A stretch of DNA of 64,000 bases from Candidatus Dojkabacteria bacterium HGW-Dojkabacteria-1 (GTDB lineage: Bacteria > Patescibacteriota > Dojkabacteria > SC72), in the NCBI GenBank assembly GCA_002840365.1, contig PHAO01000001.1:239242-303241 (forward strand), written 5' to 3'. The translations under genes were made by a program, and so were the position numbers. Under the pieces are notes generated by a model that was not told where the DNA came from, did not search any database, and was given only the letters and a program-made list of their open reading frames with translations. Shown here piece after piece: positions 29,451 to 39,273 of the stretch (position 1 is its first letter; every line of letters starts with the position of its first letter).

Positions 29451-30660
29451 GTGCGTAACCCTTTTTACCAGCTCTTCCTGTTCTACCAATACGATGTATG
29501 TAATCATCGTAATTTTCAGGAATGTCATAGTTTATTACATGACTAATGTTGTTTACGTCCAATCCTCTTGATGCTACATCTGTAGCGATTAATATATTAA
29601 GATTATCCCTTTTGAAAGCATCTATTATTCTAGTTCTTTGTGCTTGTCTTTTATCTCCATGTAATGCATTTACTTTAACTCCTTTATCAAAAAGTTTCTT
29701 TGAAAGATTTTCTGCTTCTCTTTTAGTTCTTGTAAAGACTAATATCTTTTTAAATTCATCTTTACTTAAGTAATCACAGAGTACATTAAACTTGTTTTCA
29801 CCTGGTTTTAGTCTAACTACATCCTGGTCTACATTTTTACCTGGTTCTTGTTTCTCAATTTCAATTCTTACAGGATTTTTAAGTAATGTATTTGCAATTT
29901 CTTCTGATTTTCTATTCATTGTTGCAGAAAAGAAAAGGGATTGTCTATTTTCGCTTAAGCGAGAAGTTATATACCTAATATCTTCAATGAATCCCATATC
30001 TAACATTCTATCTACTTCATCTAATATGACATTGTTTATTTCCTTTAGGTATATAGCGCCTCTCTCAGAAACGTCTTTTAATCTTCCTGGTGTTGCAATT
30101 ACAAATGCAGGGTCTCTTCTAAGAATCCCTATTTGTGCACCTATACTATTTCCACCAATTACTAATACTGACCTTAGTCCTGTATTTCTAGCTAATTGCA
30201 TAAATTCATCCTGTATTTGAATTGCTAATTCTCTTGTAGGTACTACGATAAGGAATCTCTGATTTCTATCGTGTACTCCCTTATTTATCATTGGGATTAA
30301 GAAAGCTGCCGTTTTACCAGACCCTGTACTTGCTAATCCCAATATATCTCTCCCTTGTAGTATCTTTGGTATAGCTTCGTATTGAATCTTTGTTGGACTA
30401 GTATATTTCTTGTATGTAATATTTCTTTTAAGTTCTTTAACTAAATCAAACTCTAAGAGATTATGATCTAATACATAAATACTTGGTAAATCTTCATATA
30501 CAGCTTTTGCTATTAATTGATTTACACTAATCTTTGATCCTCTCCTGTTATATCCTCCACCTCTCCTACTATTACTGTATGAGCTACTTCTGTAAGAAGA
30601 TCTTCTTCTATTGTTGTAACGGTTATTACGACCGTAATTCTTTCTGGAATAGTTTTCCAT
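29437..30660 (-). CDS. DEAD-box RNA helicase
   Basis: TGSGKT, PTRELA, TPGRL, DEVDRMLDMGF, SAT, HRIGRTGRAG. Confidence 0.95.
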   Translation of the reverse strand: MENYSRKNYGRNNRYNNRRRSSYRSSSYSNSRRGGGYNRRGSKISVNQLIAKAVYEDLPSIYVLDHNLLEFDLVKELKRNITYKKYTSPTKIQYEAIPKILQGRDILGLASTGSGKTAAFLIPMINKGVHDRNQRFLIVVPTRELAIQIQDEFMQLARNTGLRSVLVIGGNSIGAQIGILRRDPAFVIATPGRLKDVSERGAIYLKEINNVILDEVDRMLDMGFIEDIRYITSRLSENRQSLFFSATMNRKSEEIANTLLKNPVRIEIEKQEPGKNVDQDVVRLKPGENKFNVLCDYLSKDEFKKILVFTRTKREAENLSKKLFDKGVKVNALHGDKRQAQRTRIIDAFKRDNLNILIATDVASRGLDVNNISHVINYDIPENYDDYIHRIGRTGRAGKKGYALTFV

Positions 30661-30812
30661 GTAAGTAAATATTTAATTTTATCTTCAGTTTATAGAGGTA
30701 ACCGAAAATAAAAATATTTAACCTTAATGGATTTGGGGCGATTATTTCGTTTAAATCTATCAAACAAGAAATGATTATATCACTAATATACAAAAATACC
30801 TAATATATATTC

Positions 30813-31106
30813 CTATTCTTTCTCTATACCGTTTGAGTTTGTCTCTTCTAGTTCTAAATATTGTAATGCTAATTCTCTTAAATCATCTGGTTCCATTTCT
30901 ACATTTTGTGCATTTCTTGCAATTACATCTTCTAATTCTTCTTCTGTCATTTCTAATCTCATTGCTCTTGCTGTACAGATAACGGTTCTTTCCCTCCTTA
31001 TATCTAATCTCTCTCTTTGACTCTTTGGATTTCCTACGTAAAGAGCTGGTTTTGATTCATCGCGTATCCAGACTGTGTCTCCGTTGTCATTTGTAAATGT
31101 TGGCAT
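30813..31106 (-). CDS. Hypothetical protein
   Basis: 97-aa ORF with TATAAT upstream. Confidence 0.6.
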   Translation of the reverse strand: MPTFTNDNGDTVWIRDESKPALYVGNPKSQRERLDIRRERTVICTARAMRLEMTEEELEDVIARNAQNVEMEPDDLRELALQYLELEETNSNGIEKE

Positions 31107-31244
31107 TTGTGTTAGTAAAAATATATTAAAGAAGCCAGATTATACCAAATCTTTAATGTTTGAACAGTATTTTGTCTGTCTAATTGTATGATTTTCAATC
31201 ATTGTGTAATATGGAAAGATATCTTACTTGTTACATACTGTCCC

Positions 31245-32228
31245 ATGAAATTAATAACTGGAGCGACTGGTAGAGTAGGTATTGCATTGGTCAGAGAGCT
31301 TAATACAAGGGGAGAGAAGGTTAAGGTATTGGTTAGAGAGGGTTCTAATACAAAAGAATTAGAACAATTTAATTGTGAGTTTGTACATGGAGATATATTA
31401 GAGGTAGATAAATGGGAAAGTAGTTTGGAAGATATAGATTCTATTTTTCATTTAGCAGCACATATTAATATTTCTTCAAAGAAGAAAGATTTTACATTTG
31501 ATACTAATATCCAAGGTACAAAAAATATTGCAGATTTGTGTTTGAGAAAGGAAATAGTAATGGTATATGCATCTTCAATACATGCTCTTTCTGCTCCTAG
31601 TGATGGTTCTACTATTACAGAGCAAACTACTTTTGTCACAGATTCGAAAGAAAGAAGAGGTATATATGATTACTCCAAATCATATGCTACGAAGTATGTA
31701 TTAGAAAAAGCAAATGAAGGTTTGAAAGCTATAATTGTTCATCCTACAGGCATTATTGGTCCATATGATTTCAGACCATCTCTCTTTGGTCAAGGTATGA
31801 TTGATAGTGTAAAGAGTGGTTTGAAATTAACTACTGGTGGTAAGTTTGACTATGTTGATGTACGAGATGTAGTTTGGGGTATGCTAAAGGCTTTAGAATT
31901 AGAAAAATATGGAGAGAGATACATTCTTTCTGGGGAGCAGCTTAGTATGGAGGAATATGTTAATTACTTAAAAGAATTTACTGGGATACAATCTAATACA
32001 AAAATATTGGGATATACCAGTAGTTTACTTCTTGCTTACATCTCCTCTATACTCAACAAGGATTCACAGATTACACCATATGGTGTAAAAACTCTCTACA
32101 GTAACAGTAATATTTCTCATGAGAAATCTACTAAAGAGTTGGGCTACAATCCTAGAAGCGTAAAAGAGTCACTTTTTGATCAGTATACTTGGTTTAAATT
32201 AAATGGATATCTAGATGAAAAAAAGTAG
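31245..32228 (+). CDS. NAD-dependent epimerase/dehydratase (extended SDR)
   Basis: LITGATGRVG, FHLAA, YDYSK (YxxxK); start reassigned to ATG 31245. Confidence 0.9.
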   Translation: MKLITGATGRVGIALVRELNTRGEKVKVLVREGSNTKELEQFNCEFVHGDILEVDKWESSLEDIDSIFHLAAHINISSKKKDFTFDTNIQGTKNIADLCLRKEIVMVYASSIHALSAPSDGSTITEQTTFVTDSKERRGIYDYSKSYATKYVLEKANEGLKAIIVHPTGIIGPYDFRPSLFGQGMIDSVKSGLKLTTGGKFDYVDVRDVVWGMLKALELEKYGERYILSGEQLSMEEYVNYLKEFTGIQSNTKILGYTSSLLLAYISSILNKDSQITPYGVKTLYSNSNISHEKSTKELGYNPRSVKESLFDQYTWFKLNGYLDEKK

Positions 32229-32913
32229 AGTAGAACTAGAGCAAGCAAAAGAGAGAGTACTTAACTCTAAAGTATTTCTTTTTGATTTTGATGGTACTTT
32301 AGTAAATCTTGATAAGTTAAATGTTGATGCTTTTGCATTAGTATTTAAAGATATGTTCAATTTAGAATTTACTAGAGAGGACTTTATGAAATATATCTCA
32401 GGTAGAGGTTCTGAGAATGGTTTAAGGGAATATTTAGGTGTACATGGTGTAGAAGAGTTCTCATCCAAAGAGTTAAATGACCAATTCTATGTACACAAGA
32501 ACAGGTTGATAGAGGAGAAATTGGAAGAGGAGGTATATCTTTTGCCAGGTATTAAGGAGTTTTTAGAGCATTTCAAAGAGAGTGGAAAGAGAAATATTGT
32601 AGTTACCTCTTCAAGAAGGGAGCATGTAGAGAGGATGCTTACTCATTTTGGTGTTTATCATCATTTTGAAATTGTTTTTGATAGGTACAATGTTGTTAAG
32701 GGTAAGCCTGATCCTGAACCTTTTGAGAAGGCAATGGAGTATGCAAAGGTAAATAGTAATGAGTGTATTGCATTTGAAGATTCCTTCTATGGTCTTCAGT
32801 CTTCTAAAGGTGCTAACCTTTTTACAATAGGGGTATTAAATGATGGTTGGAATGAAGATTTTGTATATGATTTAGCGGATTTTGTAATCGAAAGCTATAC
32901 GGATATTCTTTAA
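32215..32913 (+). CDS. HAD-family phosphatase
   Basis: FDFDGTL, VTSS, KPDPEPF, FEDS. Confidence 0.92.
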   Translation: MKKSRVELEQAKERVLNSKVFLFDFDGTLVNLDKLNVDAFALVFKDMFNLEFTREDFMKYISGRGSENGLREYLGVHGVEEFSSKELNDQFYVHKNRLIEEKLEEEVYLLPGIKEFLEHFKESGKRNIVVTSSRREHVERMLTHFGVYHHFEIVFDRYNVVKGKPDPEPFEKAMEYAKVNSNECIAFEDSFYGLQSSKGANLFTIGVLNDGWNEDFVYDLADFVIESYTDIL

Positions 32914-32975
32914 TACTTGAAGTTCATTTTTAATGTTGATATCTTTATATATACTAATTTGTAATATTGTATTTA

Positions 32976-33761
32976 ATGGATAGATTTGAAGAATTAAGAA
33001 AGGCTCAAGAAGGGACATTAGAGCAACCTAATACCACACCTGAGCAAGAGGCAGTTGTTTCTCCACAACCTTCTGTAAGTATGGAAGAGAGTGTTATTTC
33101 AACTATGTCTAATGAAGAGAAAAGAGCAAAGACTTTGAATATGATTCTTTTGGTTATGGTTTTTGCAATGATTGGTTTGTTTGCATATCTTTTCTTTACT
33201 GATAGGTTACTACTTGGAGTAGAGAATCCTTTCTCAAAGCAGGTTGTAGAAGAGGAGGAAGATATAGAAGAAGAGAAAGATGAAGAAGAAGGGTCTGCTG
33301 TACAAATGAAAGAGTATGTAAATACAGAGTTTGGAGTTAAATTTGAATATCCTGAGTCATGGGTTGTACAGGAGGATGTTGTAGAAGGTTCCTTAGGTTT
33401 GGAAATAAAGGAGAGGTCAGCTAATCCTGATTTTGTATTTGTATATAGTTTACCTACTGCTTCTGGACCAGAAATTTGCTATTTCTCTGATACTGAAAAT
33501 CCAGAAGAGATAGTGATTGGTACTTTGTATGACAATTTCTTTTCAATCAATACAGATTCTTCTCTTAGAAGAACTCTTTGGGTAAGTCAGGGAGTTTCAG
33601 AATACAAGGTATGTAAGAAGGATACAAATGGTAATTATACAGATTGGATACAAGCAGGGTATGTATCATACAAAGTTAATATGAACAGACCTGATGCACA
33701 GAGTATGTTAAAGATTATGGATGATATCTTACTATCATTCGAATATACAGGGAATATTTAG
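32976..33761 (+). CDS. Membrane-anchored hypothetical protein (PsbP-like start motif)
   Basis: Single TM, acidic linker, Y.N.EFGVKFEYPESW. Confidence 0.6.
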   Translation: MDRFEELRKAQEGTLEQPNTTPEQEAVVSPQPSVSMEESVISTMSNEEKRAKTLNMILLVMVFAMIGLFAYLFFTDRLLLGVENPFSKQVVEEEEDIEEEKDEEEGSAVQMKEYVNTEFGVKFEYPESWVVQEDVVEGSLGLEIKERSANPDFVFVYSLPTASGPEICYFSDTENPEEIVIGTLYDNFFSINTDSSLRRTLWVSQGVSEYKVCKKDTNGNYTDWIQAGYVSYKVNMNRPDAQSMLKIMDDILLSFEYTGNI

Positions 33762-33782
33762 ATAATTGTTATATATGACTTG

Positions 33783-33823
33783 GCTAAGGAGACACGGTGA
33801 TGACACATGTGTGCCTCCTTAGC
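33783..33823 (-). terminator. 13-bp hairpin with 15-nt loop downstream of 33836-34618
   Basis: Minus strand GCTAAGGAGGCAC / GTGTCTCCTTAGC; the single mismatch is G-U only on the minus strand. Confidence 0.7.
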
Positions 33824-33835
33824 TAGTCAGTGAAT

Positions 33836-34618
33836 TTAGTCCTCCCAGGAATCTATATGAGTCCATTTTGGTCTTGCATGAATTGCTATATCCTTCCCGG
33901 TGTACTGGTCATGGATAGAAATCATGCAACAAGGAGCATCTTTTACTCTTCGCCAATACTCGCCCTGTATTCCAGTAATCTCGCTTATGAAGCGAATCAT
34001 ATCCTCAGGATCGCTTGTAGCGAAATCCCAATGAATACCTGGTACCCAGTCGTTTGGCCAGAGCTGATGCTCAACCCAGAAGATTCCGTTTGGTGATTGC
34101 CGCGTTTGAACGGGTATGTACCATCGTTGATGGTCTGGTGCAGACTTTGAAATCGCAACAGAATCATACCTGTCCAAAGTCTTCCCTATCTCTTCTTGGC
34201 AATCTTGCTCTGACTGGTGCTTGAACCCTACGTGGTGGAAGCGTACTTCATAGGATATGGACCACATCAGTAGAGCAGCCAGCATTAGGTCAACGTTATC
34301 GTTTTCCCACGCTGAGGCAGCCACAATGTAGTGATCCTCGCGGAGCCCACCTTTCCATTCGCAGCCATCGTCAAAATTCGGAATCGGAGTTCTTGAGATT
34401 CCTTGACGAGAGCCCTTGGCAAGAAGGGTGTATGCTTTCCATGCTGCGTACATGGCAGGGGAGTTATCATCTCCAATGCCACCAGCCCATTTGGAAAGTT
34501 GTGACTCTACACCATACCCAGTATGATCAGCTTCAATCATATGGATATAGGTGGGAGTCTGTGATGCGCCGAGTAGTAAATCGGCAAGGTAGAAGGATCT
34601 TTCAAAAAGCGTTTGCAT
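33836..34618 (-). CDS. GC-richer hypothetical protein, possible GlcG/HbpS-like plus VOC-like fusion
   Basis: SD AGGAG 7 nt before ATG 34618; A.WKAYT and GGL...VAASA...D (GlcG-like); FHHVGF and IHWDFATSDPE (VOC-like). Confidence 0.55.
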   Translation of the reverse strand: MQTLFERSFYLADLLLGASQTPTYIHMIEADHTGYGVESQLSKWAGGIGDDNSPAMYAAWKAYTLLAKGSRQGISRTPIPNFDDGCEWKGGLREDHYIVAASAWENDNVDLMLAALLMWSISYEVRFHHVGFKHQSEQDCQEEIGKTLDRYDSVAISKSAPDHQRWYIPVQTRQSPNGIFWVEHQLWPNDWVPGIHWDFATSDPEDMIRFISEITGIQGEYWRRVKDAPCCMISIHDQYTGKDIAIHARPKWTHIDSWED

Positions 34619-34643
34619 TGCATATCTCCTTTTTGGAATGTTT

Positions 34644-34674
34644 TTCACTGACTTTTAAAGAACCCCTTATTATA
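34644..34674 (-). promoter_or_regulatory. -10 box followed by boxA-like GTTCTTTAAAA and arm of a 10-bp inverted repeat
   Basis: TATAAT 34674-34669; GTTCTTTAAAA 34663-34653; 34644-34653 is the reverse complement of 33825-33834. Confidence 0.65.
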
Positions 34675-34711
34675 CTATGGGCTCTATATAAATTCTAGTT
34701 AGGAGAGGAGT

Positions 34712-35095
34712 TTAAAGATTTATTAATTTGAGTAGGTACGGCATAAAGATTATCAATCCTAGGATTACAGAAAGTATCGCACTAACTAATACTGCACCTG
34801 CACTAACATCTTTTGCATATTTAATATTTACTCTGTACTCTTCAGAAACAGTGTCACATACTGCCTCTATTACACTGTTAAAAGCTTCTGATATAAGGAC
34901 TAATGCTATTAAAAATCCTACAGCTATCCAATCACTATGTGAGATTTTAAGTAGATATGCAAAGACTATTACTAATACAGCAACTACTAATTGAATTCTG
35001 AAATTTCTTTCATTCTTTACTATCGATATTACACCTTCAATAGCGTGTTTTTGGCTTTTTAATATACTTTGTGGTGTTCTAAATGTACTACCCAT
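34712..35095 (-). CDS. dgkA: Diacylglycerol/undecaprenol kinase (DgkA family)
   Basis: ERNFRIQ, EAFNSVIEAVCD, AKDVSAGAVL. Confidence 0.9.
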   Translation of the reverse strand: MGSTFRTPQSILKSQKHAIEGVISIVKNERNFRIQLVVAVLVIVFAYLLKISHSDWIAVGFLIALVLISEAFNSVIEAVCDTVSEEYRVNIKYAKDVSAGAVLVSAILSVILGLIIFMPYLLKLINL

Positions 35096-35139
35096 ATAGC
35101 TCCCATTATACATAAAAGTCTGAAAAAGTAACTAGTATT

Positions 35140-35571
35140 TTACTCCTCAACAACAACAGTTCCAGTCATATATGGATGTGGTGTACAAATATAGTCATAT
35201 GTTCCTACCTCTGTAAATGTATAGCTAAAGGTTTGTCCCCTTCTAAGTAGTGGTCCTTTGAAATCTCCGTCTCCTGCAATATCATGTTGTACACTGTCTT
35301 GGTTAGTCCAAGTTACTGTATCTCCAGGTTTAATTACTACTGTTGATGGAGAGTATACATAGTTTCGTATTGTTACATTTATAGTGTTACTTGTTCCTTC
35401 TACTTGTTCTTGTTCATCATTGTTTTCTTGTATATCTTCATCTTGTACTTGTTGGTTGGGGCTATCATTTGTTCTGGTATCTCTTTGTGGTACAAAGAAA
35501 AGTAAGACAAGTACTATACCTATAGCTACAACAAAGATTACTGAGAGTACAATTACTAAAATTTCTTTCAT
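35140..35571 (-). CDS. Membrane-anchored cupredoxin (plastocyanin/amicyanin-like)
   Basis: GDTVTWTNQDSVQH and YICTPHPYM type-1 copper ligands. Confidence 0.88.
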   Translation of the reverse strand: MKEILVIVLSVIFVVAIGIVLVLLFFVPQRDTRTNDSPNQQVQDEDIQENNDEQEQVEGTSNTINVTIRNYVYSPSTVVIKPGDTVTWTNQDSVQHDIAGDGDFKGPLLRRGQTFSYTFTEVGTYDYICTPHPYMTGTVVVEE

Positions 35572-35593
35572 ATTAATATGGTTATTAATTTAA

Positions 35594-36016
35594 TTAGGAG
35601 ATTTTCATATCCTCGCTATCCATAGGATAGTATCCCTGTAGAGAAGGTGGTAGATATTCCATATTATATCCCTCTATTTTATGCAATTTTCTTGCAAAGA
35701 ATTCTGTCTCTACCTCACCAAGCCCTATTCCCCAAAGATATTTAAAACATTCACTGTTATCTTCTCTTGTAAATATTTCTACTAATCCTTCAGCAATATC
35801 TTCGTTTAGTAAGCCTTTAGACCAATCATTTAATATTAGATACAGTTGTCTTTGATTTTCTGTAACATATTCTATTACTGGTATATGGTACTTTACTAAG
35901 AGATTTGTTAATTCATTCGCATCTGGATCTGCTCCTTCTGTTTTTTCATACAAATCATCTAATTCATTAGCAAATTGAAAAAGTAGATGATTTAACTCAT
36001 CAATATTGTTTATCAT
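35594..36016 (-). CDS. Hypothetical protein
   Basis: 140-aa ORF. Confidence 0.6.
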   Translation of the reverse strand: MINNIDELNHLLFQFANELDDLYEKTEGADPDANELTNLLVKYHIPVIEYVTENQRQLYLILNDWSKGLLNEDIAEGLVEIFTREDNSECFKYLWGIGLGEVETEFFARKLHKIEGYNMEYLPPSLQGYYPMDSEDMKIS

Positions 36017-36035
36017 TGAAGGGTATATATTAAAA

Positions 36036-36236
36036 TTATATATACAGACTTAATGCAAAGAGTACGTGTAGAAGTACTATTATTGAGAATATGATTGCAC
36101 TTATTTTGTGATATTTAAACATTTTTGGATATCCTTTGGTCATTAATATTCCCGTCGTTATCTGTATTATGAAAAAGATTAATGCTAAGAGTCCTAGCCA
36201 AAATACAATTGGTTTACCAAGTATTATAAATATCAT
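36036..36236 (-). CDS. Small two-TM membrane protein with two His
   Basis: 66-aa hydrophobic ORF, YHK...LLH. Confidence 0.6.
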   Translation of the reverse strand: MIFIILGKPIVFWLGLLALIFFIIQITTGILMTKGYPKMFKYHKISAIIFSIIVLLHVLFALSLYI

Positions 36237-36344
36237 GTATATATTTGATTAGCTTAATATTAATACAGTATACAATGTAGGTTGGGAATATACAAAATTT
36301 TAAATTTAAGTGATATATTAATTAATAACTTTAGTTCTTTCTTT

Positions 36345-36878
36345 ATGAATACATCCTTCTGGAAAATCTTATCCATTATATTCATTGTGTTTTTTGTTGT
36401 AACTGGCGGTTATATTTTCTATCTGTTTAATCAAGGTTTTTTTGAAAGATGCGAGAAATCAGTAAATGAAGAGCAAGTGATTCAACAGAGTTGTAAATAC
36501 TCTGTAAGTAGTGAAAATATGAATCTCCCAGTAAAGGTTTACAGAAGTTTTACTCAAATGGAAGATTCTGAGGGCAATTTTGTTGGTTACTTGGAGAATA
36601 TTTTGAAACTAGATTCTGAAAGGAAGACTTTTGAAATAAGTATTCAATTTGAACAGTATGGATATATTTTAAAGGGTACTTATGAAGAGAAAGAAGATGA
36701 GATTAAATTGGTATATGATCCTGCAGCATTTGATGATTTAGATTCTTCTGTTAATACTTTGGTTCTAAATGTATACAATGGTGATATTTCAATCTTAGAA
36801 TTTGTTAGTGAGCCAATATCAACACTGTCCCCAAAGAAAGGGGATATGTTTGTGTATTTTTTGAGTGAAGATAGATAA
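36345..36878 (+). CDS. Membrane-anchored hypothetical protein
   Basis: N-terminal TM from ATG 36345. Confidence 0.6.
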   Translation: MNTSFWKILSIIFIVFFVVTGGYIFYLFNQGFFERCEKSVNEEQVIQQSCKYSVSSENMNLPVKVYRSFTQMEDSEGNFVGYLENILKLDSERKTFEISIQFEQYGYILKGTYEEKEDEIKLVYDPAAFDDLDSSVNTLVLNVYNGDISILEFVSEPISTLSPKKGDMFVYFLSEDR

Positions 36879-36880
36879 AT

Positions 36881-37063
36881 CTATCCTAACAAGAATTTTA
36901 ATATCTCATATACCAAGAATGCAGGCCATACTATTGCCTTAAGGATTCCTAATGCTCCCATCCAAAAGGTAGTTGCAGTAGAGATGTAATATATAGCTGC
37001 TCCAATTAGACCGAAACCATATACTGCATTTCCTGATTGATTGCTGTAATTATGTTTTGACAT
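36881..37063 (-). CDS. Small membrane protein
   Basis: AVYGFGLIGAAIYY...LKAIVWPAFLVY. Confidence 0.65.
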   Translation of the reverse strand: MSKHNYSNQSGNAVYGFGLIGAAIYYISTATTFWMGALGILKAIVWPAFLVYEILKFLLG

Positions 37064-37080
37064 ATTAAAAAACACTTATA

Positions 37081-37263
37081 TTATTTAAATGATACATACA
37101 GTGTGTATACAGTACATACTACTGCTATTACAGCAAAGATTACAAGATTGTCTTGTATAAATTGTGGGAAGTAAGAACCAATTATTGTACCTATGGAAAG
37201 TAGTGCAAATTTAAATATTGCTATCTGCTTCCATGTGTATGTGTATGATTTAAGAAATTTCAT
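37081..37263 (-). CDS. Small membrane protein
   Basis: 60-aa two-TM ORF. Confidence 0.6.
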   Translation of the reverse strand: MKFLKSYTYTWKQIAIFKFALLSIGTIIGSYFPQFIQDNLVIFAVIAVVCTVYTLYVSFK

Positions 37264-37282
37264 ACAAAAAGAAAAAAATAAT

Positions 37283-37882
37283 TTAAATCTCTTTAATTAA
37301 CTCTACAATATCTTTTTCTATTTCACTAGGTTCTACATTGGGAGCATATCTTTTGTATGGTTTTCCATCTTTATCTATTAAGAATTTTGTAAAATTCCAT
37401 TTGATAGAGTTACCCATTAAACCATCAGGTAGTTCTCCTTTGAGATATGTAAATACAGGGTGTTCATTCTTTCCATTAACATCTATTTTTTCTGAGAGAA
37501 GGAATGTTACCCCAAAGTTTAATTTACATACCTCTACCATATCTTCATTTGATTCTGGTTCTTGATTAAGAAATTGATTAGAAGGAAATCCAATTACTTC
37601 TAATCCTTTTCCTGCATATTCTTTATTTAGTCTCTCTAAATCTTTAAACTGATATGAGAAACCACACTGTGTAGCAGTGTTTACAATTAATACAACTTTT
37701 CCTTTGTAATCACTCATCTTTATCTCATCACCCATTGTGTTCTTAAATGTTAAGTCGTAAAAATTCATATCTGTTTTTTTACTTAAGTTATTTGAATATG
37801 CCCTTACTCCTCCTATTAGTAAAATGCTAAGTAAGAGGAAGAGAGAAATTATTAATATTGTTTTTTTCTTTTTTGATTCCAT
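37283..37882 (-). CDS. Glutathione peroxidase family protein (Cys type) with N-terminal signal/anchor
   Basis: VNTATQCGF, GFPSNQF..QEP, WNFTKFL. Confidence 0.93.
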   Translation of the reverse strand: MESKKKKTILIISLFLLLSILLIGGVRAYSNNLSKKTDMNFYDLTFKNTMGDEIKMSDYKGKVVLIVNTATQCGFSYQFKDLERLNKEYAGKGLEVIGFPSNQFLNQEPESNEDMVEVCKLNFGVTFLLSEKIDVNGKNEHPVFTYLKGELPDGLMGNSIKWNFTKFLIDKDGKPYKRYAPNVEPSEIEKDIVELIKEI

Positions 37883-37944
37883 GTATTAGGGGTAAAATTT
37901 AAAGAAGGGTATTCTTCTTTTGTATGAAGGGAGGTAATATTTTT

Positions 37945-38658
37945 TTATTTTATATCTACACTTGCAGGAACTGTTCCTACAAATTTAACACCTTCTGAGG
38001 TAACTATTGCTTCTTTTACATTGGTGTAACTAGAGAGCTCTCTTGTTTTAGCCGTTATATTCTCTAGTAAATCAGCCAATGAATTATTCAGGGAGTTCGG
38101 TACTGTATATCCCCCTATCTTTAAACTCTCAATATCATATATTGCATTGTTCTCAGTTATTGAAGCTCTGCCTTTTGCATACAAGGGAAGTGGGTCTGGT
38201 ATGTATTTAAGATATGTTTTTGCTTTGTTAATATCTTCTTGTGTATACCCAAGCATCTTTGCAAATGATTCTGCTACAGGTATAGATATTGATGAAGATG
38301 CTTCTACTGTACCATCACCATTTATCCTTATCTGTGAATTCTTAAAGGGTAAATCACTCCAATCCTTTTCCCATCCTGCTATCCATGAGTTAATTTCACT
38401 TTGTGTAAAGGTATGATCTAATTCTATACCTCCCTCAAATACTAATTCTCCACTTTTAGGTGTTTCTCCTTTTAGATTGTTTACATACCCTATGTCATCA
38501 TAGAAAGAGTATATTTCATCTGGTGTTTCTCTTACTCCTAGTTCTACCTGTTTAAGTGCTGCATTTGTTAGAGATGGTACTTTACCACTTAAAGCAAGAT
38601 ATCCGAGTCCTACAACAATCAATATTATTATTAATACAAAGAGGAGGATTTTTTTCAT
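37945..38658 (-). CDS. Membrane-anchored hypothetical protein
   Basis: N-terminal TM, 237 aa. Confidence 0.65.
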   Translation of the reverse strand: MKKILLFVLIIILIVVGLGYLALSGKVPSLTNAALKQVELGVRETPDEIYSFYDDIGYVNNLKGETPKSGELVFEGGIELDHTFTQSEINSWIAGWEKDWSDLPFKNSQIRINGDGTVEASSSISIPVAESFAKMLGYTQEDINKAKTYLKYIPDPLPLYAKGRASITENNAIYDIESLKIGGYTVPNSLNNSLADLLENITAKTRELSSYTNVKEAIVTSEGVKFVGTVPASVDIK

Positions 38659-38688
38659 TGATTAATTGGGATAGAAAATATTTTATTA

Positions 38689-39195
38689 TTAAAATATATC
38701 TTTTTTCTCTTTCTCTGTAAATCTTCTTATAGTTGGAATTACAAAATAGTTAAACACAGATATTAGTAATCCCAATACAATTGCCCCTATACTCCATTCT
38801 ATTACTCCTGGTAAGAATAGTTGAATAAATGCATATCGTATATTCTGTATTGAGAAGTTAAGTACCATATTTTCAAAATTAGGTAGTCCTACAAAGAATA
38901 GTAGGAATACATAGTGCAGGTAGTAAGAGATTACAGAGATTAGGTATGCCAATATTGTTCTAAGGGTAAGAATTTTAAGAGATATTAGTTTCTCTTTTTT
39001 ACTTTTAATGTATACATACAGACTTAGTAAGTACCATGGTAGTAACATATATATGAACAGAGGGATGAGTTGTAATGGATTGTTGCTGTTTCCAAATATT
39101 TTAGAAAAGATGGGGCTAATGGTATTTTGATAATGGAAATCAAAGATACCGAAGAGAAAAGATATTGTTATAAGGGTGAAAATACTTCTTTTCAT
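38689..39195 (-). CDS. Multi-TM hypothetical membrane protein
   Basis: Hydrophobic ORF, likely start MKRSIF at 39195. Confidence 0.6.
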   Translation of the reverse strand: MKRSIFTLITISFLFGIFDFHYQNTISPIFSKIFGNSNNPLQLIPLFIYMLLPWYLLSLYVYIKSKKEKLISLKILTLRTILAYLISVISYYLHYVFLLFFVGLPNFENMVLNFSIQNIRYAFIQLFLPGVIEWSIGAIVLGLLISVFNYFVIPTIRRFTEKEKKDIF

Positions 39196-39273
39196 TTTAG
39201 ATACTATAACACAAAGAGATATGAGTAAAAAATATTTACAAAGTAGTACTGTTTTGATAAATTGAATCAATAT

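Noticed and set aside
29990-30030. DEVD instead of DEAD in the helicase
   Set aside because: A tolerated motif II variant; all other motifs are intact.
30661-30780. Hammerhead-like words (CTGAAGA, CGAAA) in the long helicase leader
   Set aside because: The required stems and cleavage triplet cannot be formed.
30801-31144. Possible extra boxA/inverted-repeat unit around ORF 30813-31106 (TATAAT-ctggc-TTCTTTAA)
   Set aside because: The motif lacks the leading G and is one base closer to the -10; the complementarity is only 8 A/T pairs; there is no SD or hairpin. Too weak in AT-rich DNA.
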